NCBI GenBank assembly: GCA_030699445.1
Contig: JAUYMO010000023.1
Coordinates: forward strand, 1-59,861
Source: Candidatus Giovannonibacteria bacterium
GTDB lineage: Bacteria; Patescibacteriota; Minisyncoccia; UBA11713; 2-01-FULL-45-33
DNA length: 59,861 nt
Direction: 5' to 3'
Position numbers and translations under genes: made by a program. The notes beneath the pieces were generated by a model. It saw only the letters and a program-made list of their open reading frames with translations, searched no databases and had not been told where the DNA came from. Of the stretch, positions 1 to 9,037 are shown in pieces; within the stretch, counting starts at the first letter, position 1, and every line of letters starts with the position of its first letter.

Positions 1-1
1 T

Positions 2-346
2 TCCATCTTCTACATAATTGGTATTTCAATAGCTATCAATGTTATTGTTGGCATTATCAATTGGTATTTTTATAATAGGAAATTAGCAATAATGCTTGGT
101 CTTTCTTTATTTCACCCTTTTGTGACAGCCTTGGTCGGGATTGGCGTGGCAATTTATCTTTTTATCAATGGCGCATTATTACTAGCAACGATTTCCGCTT
201 TTGTAGGGATATTCAGTTTTTTATTTTTGGAATTACATATAATCTTATATTCGTTTTTTGCTCAAAAATACAAAATGCATCCGAAATACGCTTTTGCTAA
301 GAGAGAATTCGGACACGTTTTTTCTTTTGAGGTCTCAAAAGAATAG
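2..346 (+). CDS. hypothetical multi-pass membrane protein, 5' end outside window
   Basis: The frame is open from position 2 to TAG at 344-346. The sequence is strongly hydrophobic (GISIAINVIVGIINWYF, LVGIGVAIYLFINGALLLATISAFVGIFSFLFL). No family recognised. Confidence 0.4.
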   Translation, partial: SIFYIIGISIAINVIVGIINWYFYNRKLAIMLGLSLFHPFVTALVGIGVAIYLFINGALLLATISAFVGIFSFLFLELHIILYSFFAQKYKMHPKYAFAKREFGHVFSFEVSKE

Positions 347-480
347 ATATTCTTATAGCATCCAAAGAATGTTAAAACGATAAACTAAAATCATAAAAAC
401 CGTCGTTATCACTGGGGCGAATCGGGGGATTTGACACACTCTCTTGTCTTTGCTAGGATTGAATAAGTCCATCATTTACG

Positions 481-1761
481 ATGGATTTTTTTACTAAAAA
501 TCATATGTTAGACATAAAAAATTTCAACGCGGCGCTGGACCAGTTGGCCGCCGAAAAAGGCATCTCCAAGGAAAAAATTCTGGAGACAATTGATATGGCC
601 CTGGCCGCCGCTTATAAAAGAGATTACGGCAAAAAGACGCAGTTAATCCGCGCGAAGTTTGATATCGCTACCGGCAAAGCCGAATTTTGGCAGGTAAAGC
701 TTGTCGTGGACGAATCCATGATTAAATCCGAAGAAGAAATCGCTGAAGAGGAAGCCGCGAAAATTGAAGGGCAGGAAATAAAAAGCGAGCGCCAGGAAAC
801 CAGAGAAGCTGCGCGGGAGGCCTTGGGCACAGATGGTGAAATTGGAATAGAAGGCGAAATCAGAAAAGTCCGCTTCAACGCCGACCGGCACATTATGCTC
901 GCCGACGCGAAAAAAACCAAAAAAGACGCCAAAATCGGCGACGAACTTACTTTTCCGCTGGAATCAAAAGAAGATTATGGAAGAATCGCGGCGCAAACCG
1001 CCAAGCAGGTTATTTTGCAACGCGTCCGCGAAGCCGAAAGGGATTCCGTTTTTGACGAGTTCAAAGAAAAAGAAGGCGAGGTTTTGAGCGGCATTGTGCA
1101 AAGAGTGGAGGGACGGCTGGTTTTTATGGATTTAGGAAGAACAATCGGCGTGCTCCCGCCGGACGAACAAGTGCGCGGCGAAAGATACAGAATCGGCGAA
1201 AGAATCAAAGTTTTGCTTTTGAAAGCCGAAAAAATGCCGCGGGGCCCGGGCGTTTATCTTTCAAGAAGCCATCCGAAATTAGTCGCGAAACTTTTTGAAA
1301 TTGAAGTTCCGGAAATCGCCTCGGGCGCGGTTGAAATAAAAAATGTCGCGCGGGAAGCCGGCAGCCGCACCAAAATCGCCGTTTCATCCAAAGAAGAAAA
1401 TATTGACCCGGTCGGCTCATGCGTCGGGCAGAGAGGTGTGCGCGTGACCACGGTTATTGCCGAATTGGGCGGCGAAAAAATAGACATCATCCCCTGGTCG
1501 GAAGATAAAGAAAAATATATTGCGTCCGCGATTTCTCCGGCAAAAACGCTGGAGGTGGAAATTGACGAAGATATAAAACACGCAAAAGTTACCGTGGCTG
1601 AAGACCAGCTTTCTTTGGCAATCGGCAAGGGCGGGCAAAATGTGCGGCTTGCCGCAAAACTCACGGGTTATAAAATAGATATCCGTTCGCGCACCGGCGA
1701 AACCGTCGCCGAAGCGACCTCCGAAGGCGAAGTTTCCGGGGAAGGGATTGCGGGGGAGTAA
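481..1761 (+). CDS. nusA: transcription termination/antitermination factor NusA
   Basis: NusA-like layout: N-terminal domain, TAKQVILQRVREAERD linker, S1 region (GIVQRVEGRLVFMDLG) and two KH regions (GSCVGQRGVRV, LAIGKGGQNVRLA). It has an acidic insertion after the N-terminal domain. Confidence 0.9.
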   Translation: MDFFTKNHMLDIKNFNAALDQLAAEKGISKEKILETIDMALAAAYKRDYGKKTQLIRAKFDIATGKAEFWQVKLVVDESMIKSEEEIAEEEAAKIEGQEIKSERQETREAAREALGTDGEIGIEGEIRKVRFNADRHIMLADAKKTKKDAKIGDELTFPLESKEDYGRIAAQTAKQVILQRVREAERDSVFDEFKEKEGEVLSGIVQRVEGRLVFMDLGRTIGVLPPDEQVRGERYRIGERIKVLLLKAEKMPRGPGVYLSRSHPKLVAKLFEIEVPEIASGAVEIKNVAREAGSRTKIAVSSKEENIDPVGSCVGQRGVRVTTVIAELGGEKIDIIPWSEDKEKYIASAISPAKTLEVEIDEDIKHAKVTVAEDQLSLAIGKGGQNVRLAAKLTGYKIDIRSRTGETVAEATSEGEVSGEGIAGE

Positions 1762-1871
1762 TTCTTAATTTTCTAATTTTTGAATTCTAAGTTTCAGCGC
1801 TATAGCGTTCAGATTTAGAATTTAAAAAAGGTTGGAAATTTTCAGCTACATCTATTATACTAATAACCATT

Positions 1872-3902
1872 ATGACCATAGAATATTTTGACCTAGGCAC
1901 GGGACTGTTCTCAAGACGTTTCGCGCTGGATTTGAGAGCGCAGGTGAAAAGAGCGCCCGAGGGTGATGAAAAAATGAAAGAAATCGCCGAGGCCATCCGC
2001 GTTGGGTCAAGCGCGTTTTTGAAAAGGCAATTTAAATCCGTATTTATAGTAGGCGCGCTCGTCGCCCTGCTTTTGTGGTTTTTTCTTGGCAAAAATATCG
2101 CAATCGGTTTTATAATCGGCGCTTTGGCATCTTCGCTCGCAGCTTACTTGGGAATGAAAACGGCTGTGATGGCAAATTCTAGAGTTGCCGAAGGCGCGAA
2201 ATCCGGTTTAAAAAAAGCTTTTTCTCTGGCGTTCAAAGGCGGCGCGGTTACCGGATTTTTAGTTGTGGGTTTGGGCCTTTTGGTTGTCGCCGGATTTTGG
2301 AATTGGATAAATGATTTGGCCGCCTTGGTCGGCGTCGGTTTCGGCGGCTCTTTGATTTCCGTTTTTTCCAGATTGGGCGGAGGAATTTACACCAAAGCGG
2401 CGGATGTCGGCGCGGACTTAGTCGGAAAAACCGAAGCCGAAATTCCGGAGGACGACCCGCGGAACCCCGCGGTGATTGCCGATTTGGTCGGCGACAACGT
2501 GGGAGACTGCGCCGGAATGGCGGCTGACCTTTTTGAGACATACGCCGTGACATTAATCGCCGCGATGCTTTTGGGCGGCGCGGTTTTTGCGGGAGCTGAC
2601 GCCGCGATTTTGCTTCCTTTATTTTTGGGCGGAGCCGCGATTTGGGCTTCTATAATAGGATTCTTTTTTGTTAAGGCGGCGGATGCTTCAAAAATAATGC
2701 TCGGGCTCTATAAAGGTTTAGTGGCAGCGGGAATTCTTTCGGCAATAGGTTTTTATTTCGCGATAAAAGAATTTGTAATCGCTCCGGGAACGGCCGAGAA
2801 CGGATTATTTAAAAACTTGGTAAAAATCCCCGGCAGTTCGTTTGATTATTTTTTGGCGTCTCTCTTGGGACTCATTGTTGTTTTAGGAATTGTTTTAATC
2901 ACGGAATATTACACGTCTAAAAAATTCCGCCCGGTAAAAGACATCGCCAAAAGCTCGCAATCGGGCCACGGCACGAATATAATAATTGGCTTGGCTTATT
3001 CTTTGGAATCAACCGCGCTTCCCGCTTTACTCATCGCTTTTTCCGCCTGGGGCGCGTATTATTTCGCGGGCCTTTACGGCGTGGCGCTTTCCGCGGTTTC
3101 TATGCTTTCCATGACCGGAATAATTGTGGCGATTGATTCGTTCGGCCCGATTACCGACAACGCCGGAGGAATTGCCGAAATGGCGGGCATGCCAAAAAGC
3201 GTCCGCGAAATTACCGATCCATTGGATGCCGTGGGTAACACAACCAAAGCCATCACCAAGGGCTACGCCATTGCTTCGGCGGGGCTCGCCGCGATGGTTT
3301 TATTTTCCGCTTACGCTTCGGAGTTAATTTCAAAAGGCGCCGGCGCGGTTTTCCAGCTTTCGGACCCTTTGGTCATAACCGGTTTATTTATCGGCGGAAT
3401 GCTTCCCTATATTTTCGGATCTCTTGCCATGCGCGCCGTGGGCAGCGCGGCCGGAGCGGTTGTTTTGGAAGTGCGGAGGCAATTTAAAGAATTGCCGGGC
3501 ATCATGGCGGGAACCCAAAAACCAGATTACGCCAAAACAGTGGACATTGTGACCGGCGCGGCTTTGAAAGAAATGATTTTGCCGGCGTTGCTTCCGATTT
3601 TAGTCACAATTTTGGTCGGATTTTTGCTCGGGCCGAAGGCCTTAGGCGGGCTTTTAATCGGCGTGATTCTTACCGGATTTTTTATGGCGATTTCAATGAC
3701 TTCGGGAGGCGCCGCCTGGGACAACGCCAAAAAATTTATTGAAGAAGGAAATTACGGAGGCAAGGGCTCGGAAGCGCACAAAGCCGCCGTCACTGGGGAC
3801 ACAGTCGGCGACCCATACAAAGATACCGCCGGTCCGGCGATAAATCCGATGATAAAAGTGGTCAACATCGTCGCCCTCCTCATAATTCCGTTTATAATTT
3901 AG
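1872..3902 (+). CDS. hppA: membrane-bound proton-translocating pyrophosphatase (H+-PPase)
   Basis: 676-aa polytopic protein with hallmark motifs [35 protein letters not shown] and [18 protein letters not shown]. Confidence 0.95.
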   Translation: MTIEYFDLGTGLFSRRFALDLRAQVKRAPEGDEKMKEIAEAIRVGSSAFLKRQFKSVFIVGALVALLLWFFLGKNIAIGFIIGALASSLAAYLGMKTAVMANSRVAEGAKSGLKKAFSLAFKGGAVTGFLVVGLGLLVVAGFWNWINDLAALVGVGFGGSLISVFSRLGGGIYTKAADVGADLVGKTEAEIPEDDPRNPAVIADLVGDNVGDCAGMAADLFETYAVTLIAAMLLGGAVFAGADAAILLPLFLGGAAIWASIIGFFFVKAADASKIMLGLYKGLVAAGILSAIGFYFAIKEFVIAPGTAENGLFKNLVKIPGSSFDYFLASLLGLIVVLGIVLITEYYTSKKFRPVKDIAKSSQSGHGTNIIIGLAYSLESTALPALLIAFSAWGAYYFAGLYGVALSAVSMLSMTGIIVAIDSFGPITDNAGGIAEMAGMPKSVREITDPLDAVGNTTKAITKGYAIASAGLAAMVLFSAYASELISKGAGAVFQLSDPLVITGLFIGGMLPYIFGSLAMRAVGSAAGAVVLEVRRQFKELPGIMAGTQKPDYAKTVDIVTGAALKEMILPALLPILVTILVGFLLGPKALGGLLIGVILTGFFMAISMTSGGAAWDNAKKFIEEGNYGGKGSEAHKAAVTGDTVGDPYKDTAGPAINPMIKVVNIVALLIIPFII

Positions 3903-3905
3903 CTA

Positions 3906-3934
3906 TTGACTTTGTAATTTAACGGTGCTATACT
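3906..3934 (+). promoter_or_regulatory. sigma-70-type promoter (TTGACT-17-TATACT), copy 1 of a 33-bp perfect repeat
   Basis: ttgact at 3906-3911, a 17-nt spacer, tatact at 3929-3934. A GGAGG SD and the ATG at 3976 follow. The 33-mer 3903-3935 recurs exactly at 4681-4713. Confidence 0.6.
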
Positions 3935-3975
3935 AAAAACAGAATAAAACACAATAAACAAGAAAGGAGGAAAAG

Positions 3976-4413
3976 ATGACGTATGACAAGCTTGTCGCGA
4001 AAACGCTTAAAGAAATCAAAGAAAAAGTGATGCGGATGCCGGAAAATGCTGACGTTGACACGTTGCTCAAAATCTCCAAGCACGATGATGGGCACATTGA
4101 GTCGGTGGCAAGTTTTTTGAGCCTCTGGCTTTGGATCTGGGAACGCAAAGCAGTCTGTAAGGAGCGGGATCTTTTTTTTCTCCTCGGCATTCTCCAGTGC
4201 GACGCTTGCTGTGCGGCCTTGAGGGCTAGCCCCAGTAGCGTGGAAGCCTTTACCCGTGAAGACACAGGTGTTCAAAACCTGCTTAGCGACCGGATAAATA
4301 AGCTGACCGGCGCGCTTGCCTTGGCGGAAGATGCGCACGATGAGCTCAAGGTTAACATAATTAAAATACTACTAAGCAAGCTCGAAAAACAGCAGAAAGG
4401 AGAGATAAGATAG
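3976..4413 (+). CDS. hypothetical protein (145 aa), orphan
   Basis: ORF preceded by aaaggagg SD and a consensus promoter. No recognisable motif. Antisense ORFs across the same span were judged spurious. Confidence 0.5.
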   Translation: MTYDKLVAKTLKEIKEKVMRMPENADVDTLLKISKHDDGHIESVASFLSLWLWIWERKAVCKERDLFFLLGILQCDACCAALRASPSSVEAFTREDTGVQNLLSDRINKLTGALALAEDAHDELKVNIIKILLSKLEKQQKGEIR

Positions 4414-4469
4414 CCAAAGGGGCCCGGTAAAAACTGGGCTCTTTAAATTTTACAAATTATTATTTAGTG

Positions 4470-4559
4470 CTAACGGGATTTGGGATTGTAAAAAAGCACG
4501 ATCGCAAACATTATCGCGAAAGCGATTGCGGCGATAATGTATAAAGTTAAATCATTCAT
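4470..4559 (-). CDS. 29-aa hydrophobic peptide (MNDLTLYIIAAIAFAIMFAIVLFYNPKSR)
   Basis: Below the ORF-track cutoff. A single TM helix with a basic C-terminus. It starts 1 nt after the stop of a 28-aa hydrophilic ORF (4561-4647, minus). Speculative. Confidence 0.3.
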   Translation of the reverse strand: MNDLTLYIIAAIAFAIMFAIVLFYNPKSR

Positions 4560-4683
4560 TTTATTTATTTTTACCGCGCATCGCAACAACAAAAATTTCG
4601 GAAAGATAGCGAGAGAGACTACCCAACTGTTTTTCGTTAAAACCCATAGTTTTATAATACTAAGCTTGCAATAAAACGCACTA

Positions 4684-4712
4684 TTGACTTTGTAATTTAA
4701 CGGTGCTATACT
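4684..4712 (+). promoter_or_regulatory. sigma-70-type promoter, copy 2 of the 33-bp repeat
   Basis: Same 33-mer as 3903-3935, at 4681-4713. It is followed by ggtggaaaggag SD and the ATG at 4782. Confidence 0.6.
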
Positions 4713-4781
4713 AGAACCAGAGCAAGACTGGGTTTAAATTATTGTTGTTTTTCAAAACCGAAAGGTGGAAAGGAGAGAAAG

Positions 4782-5003
4782 ATGGAGAACATCGTAGGGA
4801 AAAAAGTTGTTTCCGCTGAGGTTCATCAGTCAGTATGCGATATAAACAAGATTATTGGCATTGGCAACGATGGAATTAATCACGTGTTGGGACTTTTTGC
4901 CAAATCTTGTGATGATGGCTACCTTGTCCTTAAGCTGGCTGATGGTGCTCCAGATATAATGTTCAGGCGCCACAGCGGGAATATCTCTATAACTGTTGGA
5001 TGA
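4782..5003 (+). CDS. hypothetical protein (73 aa), orphan
   Basis: ORF with its own promoter, SD and downstream terminator. No family recognised. Confidence 0.5.
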   Translation: MENIVGKKVVSAEVHQSVCDINKIIGIGNDGINHVLGLFAKSCDDGYLVLKLADGAPDIMFRRHSGNISITVG

Positions 5004-5023
5004 AAAACATCTCGTCTTTTTCG

Positions 5024-5055
5024 GGAGCTCACAAAATCGAGCTCCTTTCTTTTTT
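5024..5055 (+). terminator. rho-independent terminator
   Basis: Stem GGAGCTC / GAGCTCC followed by a T-run. Confidence 0.6.
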
Positions 5056-5084
5056 ATATTAATTTCTTATGTTAATCTCTATAA

Positions 5085-6167
5085 ATGGTCGGGAAACAAA
5101 AAATAACCGGACCGGCGTTTTTTATCGGAAAAGAAGGCGACGGATTAATTTCTTTCGGCTCGGGACAGCCCGACCTCCCGCCGCCCAAAGAAATTTTCAA
5201 GGGCTTGGAAAATCCCCGCCTTTTTAAATACGGGCTGATTCAAGGCGACAAAAAATTAAGAGAAGCTCTCGCTGGAGAATATCCAAAAGCTAAAGCAGGA
5301 AATTTTGTGATTACCAACGGCGCCTCGGAAGCTTTGGATTTGGCCATGCGTGTTTTGGCAAAAATGCCCGGCCAAAACAAAATCCTACTTTGCCGACCTT
5401 ATTACTATTCTTATCCGCCAATCGTAGAATTCGCCGGGCTCCAGCCAATTTACACCCAATTAAAAAACGGCCTGATTGATTTGGATGATTTCAAGAAAAA
5501 AATCAAAAAAGTAAAAGCTGTTTTAATCAACTCCCCATCCAATCCCACCGGCCGTGTGGAAACAATGGAAACTCTAAAAGCCATTGAGCGAATCACGAAA
5601 AAACTCGGCGTTTGGGTTATTTCCGACGAAGTTTACAAAGATTTAATTTACGGGCGCGAAAATTATCTGATAAAAGGCCGGCATGTGATCACCATAAATT
5701 CTTTTTCAAAAACCTACGCAATGTGCGGGTTGAGAGTCGGCTACCTTTATTCTCCGGACAGGGAATTTGTCCAAAAAATCACGGATATGAAAGTGCATAC
5801 TTCAATGAACACCAATTCCATGGGTCAGGCAATGGCGCTTTCCGCGATGCGCGCCCCGCGGAGTTATGTTAAAAATCAAGTCGCGATTTGGGAAAAAAGG
5901 CGCGACCTTATTTACGGCGGGCTTATAAAGCTCGGGTTTGATTTGTGGAAACCGGAAGGCGCTTTTTATGTGCTTCCAAAAATAAAAAATACCGAGAGCG
6001 CCTTGGGCGAGCTTTATTACAAATATAAAGTGATTGTTTACAACGGCGCCTGGTTCGGCGCGCCCGGAAGAATCCGGCTTTCCTACGCGCTGGATGAAAA
6101 GAAAATAGAAGAAGGCCTCCGGCGCATCAAAAAATTTTTAAAAGGAAAAGAGAGCTGGCTCAAATAA
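5085..6167 (+). CDS. class I/II PLP-dependent aminotransferase
   Basis: Aspartate-aminotransferase-like fold signature: NGASEAL, NSPSNPTG, SDEVY, and SFSKTYAMCGLRVGY carrying the PLP lysine. Confidence 0.85.
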   Translation: MVGKQKITGPAFFIGKEGDGLISFGSGQPDLPPPKEIFKGLENPRLFKYGLIQGDKKLREALAGEYPKAKAGNFVITNGASEALDLAMRVLAKMPGQNKILLCRPYYYSYPPIVEFAGLQPIYTQLKNGLIDLDDFKKKIKKVKAVLINSPSNPTGRVETMETLKAIERITKKLGVWVISDEVYKDLIYGRENYLIKGRHVITINSFSKTYAMCGLRVGYLYSPDREFVQKITDMKVHTSMNTNSMGQAMALSAMRAPRSYVKNQVAIWEKRRDLIYGGLIKLGFDLWKPEGAFYVLPKIKNTESALGELYYKYKVIVYNGAWFGAPGRIRLSYALDEKKIEEGLRRIKKFLKGKESWLK

Positions 6168-6256
6168 ATCCACAGCGCGACTTGCTTTTTTAAAGTGGCG
6201 GCAGTAAAGTAAAAAAAGACGGCAAATTTTAACTTCTTTCAAGAAAGGAGAAAAGC

Positions 6257-6394
6257 ATGAAGAAAAAGCTTGCAGATTTTCTCTTAGATGGGGTTATATT
6301 TTCAATTGGTTTAATAGTACTGGCGTTTATGTCCGTCTCGCGGACGATTATCAGGCTTTGCGGAGATGAAGCTAACGTGAGACTTCTGCATTAA
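6257..6394 (+). CDS. 45-aa small membrane protein, orphan
   Basis: aaaggag SD, then ATG at 6257. MKKKLADFLLDGVIFSIGLIVLAFMSVSR... has one TM helix. Below the ORF-track cutoff. Confidence 0.35.
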   Translation: MKKKLADFLLDGVIFSIGLIVLAFMSVSRTIIRLCGDEANVRLLH

Positions 6395-6428
6395 CAACGA
6401 TGGAGAAAGGAGAGGAGGGAAAAAGAAA

Positions 6429-6767
6429 ATGGGAGATGTGTTAAGATTTGATATTTCAAAAAAGAAATGGCGCCCTCGCGAAGCCTGTAGATTTTTTAGG
6501 CTAGTTGCGCACCCGCGCGCAGGAGCTCAAGAAATATATTATCGTTTCTGTGAAAAACAAAAGTTTATAAAAAAACCTGACCGCCGAGGTATTATGAGGC
6601 CGTGGAATCAAAAAGGGAAATATTTTGTCAGCACAGAAGATGAGATATTGGCTTTCAAGCGTTGCGAAAAAATCCACCCCTGCAGCCATTGCTCCAGATT
6701 CAGGCCAAAATTCCCTTTCCGCTTTAACAATATCGCGGTGCGCAAAGAGCAATCATCCCAACCTTAA
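6429..6767 (+). CDS. hypothetical basic Cys/His-containing protein (112 aa)
   Basis: Strong SD (aaaggagaggaggg), and a terminator directly after the stop. No family recognised. Confidence 0.45.
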   Translation: MGDVLRFDISKKKWRPREACRFFRLVAHPRAGAQEIYYRFCEKQKFIKKPDRRGIMRPWNQKGKYFVSTEDEILAFKRCEKIHPCSHCSRFRPKFPFRFNNIAVRKEQSSQP

Positions 6768-6792
6768 CCGCCCCATGTGGCGGTCTTTTTTT
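6767..6792 (+). terminator. rho-independent terminator
   Basis: Stem ACCGCC / GGCGGT followed by a T-run. Confidence 0.65.
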
Positions 6793-6824
6793 ACTTGTTG
6801 AAACATTAAAATAACCCTGCTAGT

Positions 6825-7484
6825 ATGAATTTTATGGATATGGAAGAAGACGATATGTATAATACCTATTTAATCCCGACGGTTATTGAAAAAGAGCAGT
6901 TCGGCGAGCGCGCCTACGATATTTATTCGCGGCTTCTTAAAGACCGCATTGTTTTTTTGGGCGGACCGATTATGGACCATGTGGCTAACACCATAATCGC
7001 CCAGTTTCTTTTTTTGGAATTGCAGGACCCTAAAAAAGACATATTTCTTTATATAAATTCTCCCGGCGGTTCGGTTTCGGCCACTTTGGCAGTTTACGAC
7101 ACGATGCAGCATATCAAGCCGGATGTTGCGACGCTTTGCGTCGGGTTCGCGGCTTCAGGTGCGGCGATACTTTTGGCGGGAGGCGCAAACGGCAAAAGAT
7201 ACGCCCTGCCCAATTCAGAAATTATGATTCACCAAGTTTTAGGGGCATCCGAAGGGCAGGCCTCGGACATCGCGATTGACGCCAAGCACATTGTGCATGT
7301 TAAAGAAAAAATAAATAAAATCTTGGCGCATCACACCAAGCAATCTCTTTCTAAAATAGAAAACGACGCCGACAGGAATTTTTATATGGATCCGGAGGAG
7401 GCCAAAAAATACGGCATCATTGACGAAATCGTGAAATCCAAAAATGTTCTCGGAAGAAATTCCAGAAACAATTCTAAAAAATAA
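6825..7484 (+). CDS. clpP: ATP-dependent Clp protease proteolytic subunit ClpP
   Basis: Motifs [40 protein letters not shown] (Ser) and MIHQ (His). A TTGAAA-17-TAGTAT promoter at 6798-6826 overlaps the first ATG, so the true start is probably 6834 or 6855. Confidence 0.9.
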   Translation: MNFMDMEEDDMYNTYLIPTVIEKEQFGERAYDIYSRLLKDRIVFLGGPIMDHVANTIIAQFLFLELQDPKKDIFLYINSPGGSVSATLAVYDTMQHIKPDVATLCVGFAASGAAILLAGGANGKRYALPNSEIMIHQVLGASEGQASDIAIDAKHIVHVKEKINKILAHHTKQSLSKIENDADRNFYMDPEEAKKYGIIDEIVKSKNVLGRNSRNNSKK

Positions 7485-7497
7485 TTTTGCGCCCATA

Positions 7498-7551
7498 GGG
7501 CCGACGTTACAGTCGGCCTCCCGACCCCCGACGCAAGGTCGGGGCGTCGGG
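7498..7551. repeat. two adjacent GC-rich hairpins (REP-like)
   Basis: GGCCGAC-GTTACA-GTCGGCC, then TCCCGACCCCCGAC-GCAAG-GTCGGGGCGTCGGGA. No T-run follows. A related TCCCGAC...GTCGGGA hairpin lies at 22570-22591. Confidence 0.6.
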
Positions 7552-7572
7552 ACTCAGTGATTAAACAATTTT

Positions 7573-7836
7573 ATGGCATTTGTTTATATATTAAAAAGTT
7601 TGCGAGATGCCAGGTTCTATATCGGCAGTACTACAAATTTGCAAGAAAGATTGAAACATCATTTTGGGGGATTCACTCCCAGTACAAAGAGTTTTGGAAA
7701 AATAGAACTTGTTTTTTCTCAAAAATATCCTAATTTGAAAGATGCCCGTTCTATAGAAAGAAAACTTAAAGCTTTGAAAAGAAAGGATTATCTTGAGAAA
7801 ATAATAAAAGACGGGAAAATCAACACGCGCCCATAG
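7573..7836 (+). CDS. GIY-YIG nuclease family protein (87 aa)
   Basis: FVYILKS...FYIGSTTNLQERLKHH matches the GIY-YIG/URI motif. The stop codon lies inside the first 10 nt of tRNA-Val. Confidence 0.8.
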   Translation: MAFVYILKSLRDARFYIGSTTNLQERLKHHFGGFTPSTKSFGKIELVFSQKYPNLKDARSIERKLKALKRKDYLEKIIKDGKINTRP

Positions 7837-7898
7837 CTCAGTGGTAGAGCGTTTGCATGACACGCAAAAGGCCTGAGGTTCGATCCCTCATGGGCGCA
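7827..7898 (+). tRNA. tRNA-Val (anticodon GAC)
   Basis: Hand-folded cloverleaf: GCGCCCA / TGGGCGC acceptor, anticodon loop ATGACAC, T-loop TTCGATC. No encoded CCA. Confidence 0.9.
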
Positions 7899-7900
7899 TA

Positions 7901-9037
7901 ATGAAACCGAAAAATAAAGAAACTAGCGGTCTGCGAACTTGGCTGGAGATTGACACCAAAAAAGTTGCGCGTAATTACCGACTTTTTCGCTCTTTGCTCC
8001 GGCAGAAAACCGCGCTGATGGCGGTTGTAAAATCCAACGCCTACGGCCACGACCTTTTTCAATTTTCCAAATTGATGGCCGGGCTCGGCGCCGATTGGCT
8101 TGGGGTGGACTCCATCGTGGAAGGCGAGGCGCTAAGAAAAACTGGGATTAAAATTCCGATTCTCGCGCTCGGTTACACTTTGCCGGAAAAATTCGCCGAA
8201 GCGGCGAAACAGAAAATCAGCCTGACAATTTCCACTTTCGCCGGCGTTAAAGAATTAAAAAAACATCGGGTGAAATTTCATTTGAAAATAGATACCGGCA
8301 TGCATCGCCAAGGTTTTTCGCCCAAAGAAATGCCGCGGGCGCTGAAAATTTTGAAACAAAATAAAATCGCGCCGGAAAATTTTGAAGGCATTTATACCCA
8401 TTTCGCCGCCGCCAAAAATCCCGCTTTCCCGGCCGATACCCAAAAACAGCTGGCACTCTTTAACGGCGCGGTTGAGCTGGCAAAGCGCGCGGGCTTCGCA
8501 CCGCTCGCGCACTCCGCCGCCACTTCCGGCGCAATTTTATTTCCCGAAGCCCATCTTGATATGGCGCGGATCGGCATCGGCCTTTACGGCCTCTGGCCTT
8601 CGCGCGAAACAGCGGCGGGTTTCGCAGAGAAATTAAATTTACAGCCGGTGTTGTCCTGGAAAACTATTATCAGCGAAATAAAAAATCTGCCGATGGGAAG
8701 CAAAATCGGCTACGATTTTACAGAAACATTGGCGCAACAGAGCCGAATCGCGGTTTGCCCGATCGGCTATTGGCACGGCTACCCCCGCGCGCTTTCCGCT
8801 GTCGGCCACGCGCTGGTGCGCGGGCAAAGAGCAAAAATATTGGGGCGCGTTTCAATGGACATGATTATTATTGACGTATCTAAAATAAAAAATGCCGCCG
8901 TGGGTGACACAGCGACACTGCTTGGCAAATCGGGCAAAGACGAAATAACGGCGGACGAACTGGCGGATTTATCCGGCACAACAAATTACGAAGCCGTTAC
9001 CAGATTAAATCCCCTGATTCGCAGGATTTACAGCTAA
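7901..9037 (+). CDS. alr: alanine racemase
   Basis: AVVKSNAYGHD (PLP lysine) and a C-terminal GRVSMDMIIIDV motif. It starts 3 nt after the tRNA-Val end. Confidence 0.9.
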   Translation: MKPKNKETSGLRTWLEIDTKKVARNYRLFRSLLRQKTALMAVVKSNAYGHDLFQFSKLMAGLGADWLGVDSIVEGEALRKTGIKIPILALGYTLPEKFAEAAKQKISLTISTFAGVKELKKHRVKFHLKIDTGMHRQGFSPKEMPRALKILKQNKIAPENFEGIYTHFAAAKNPAFPADTQKQLALFNGAVELAKRAGFAPLAHSAATSGAILFPEAHLDMARIGIGLYGLWPSRETAAGFAEKLNLQPVLSWKTIISEIKNLPMGSKIGYDFTETLAQQSRIAVCPIGYWHGYPRALSAVGHALVRGQRAKILGRVSMDMIIIDVSKIKNAAVGDTATLLGKSGKDEITADELADLSGTTNYEAVTRLNPLIRRIYS

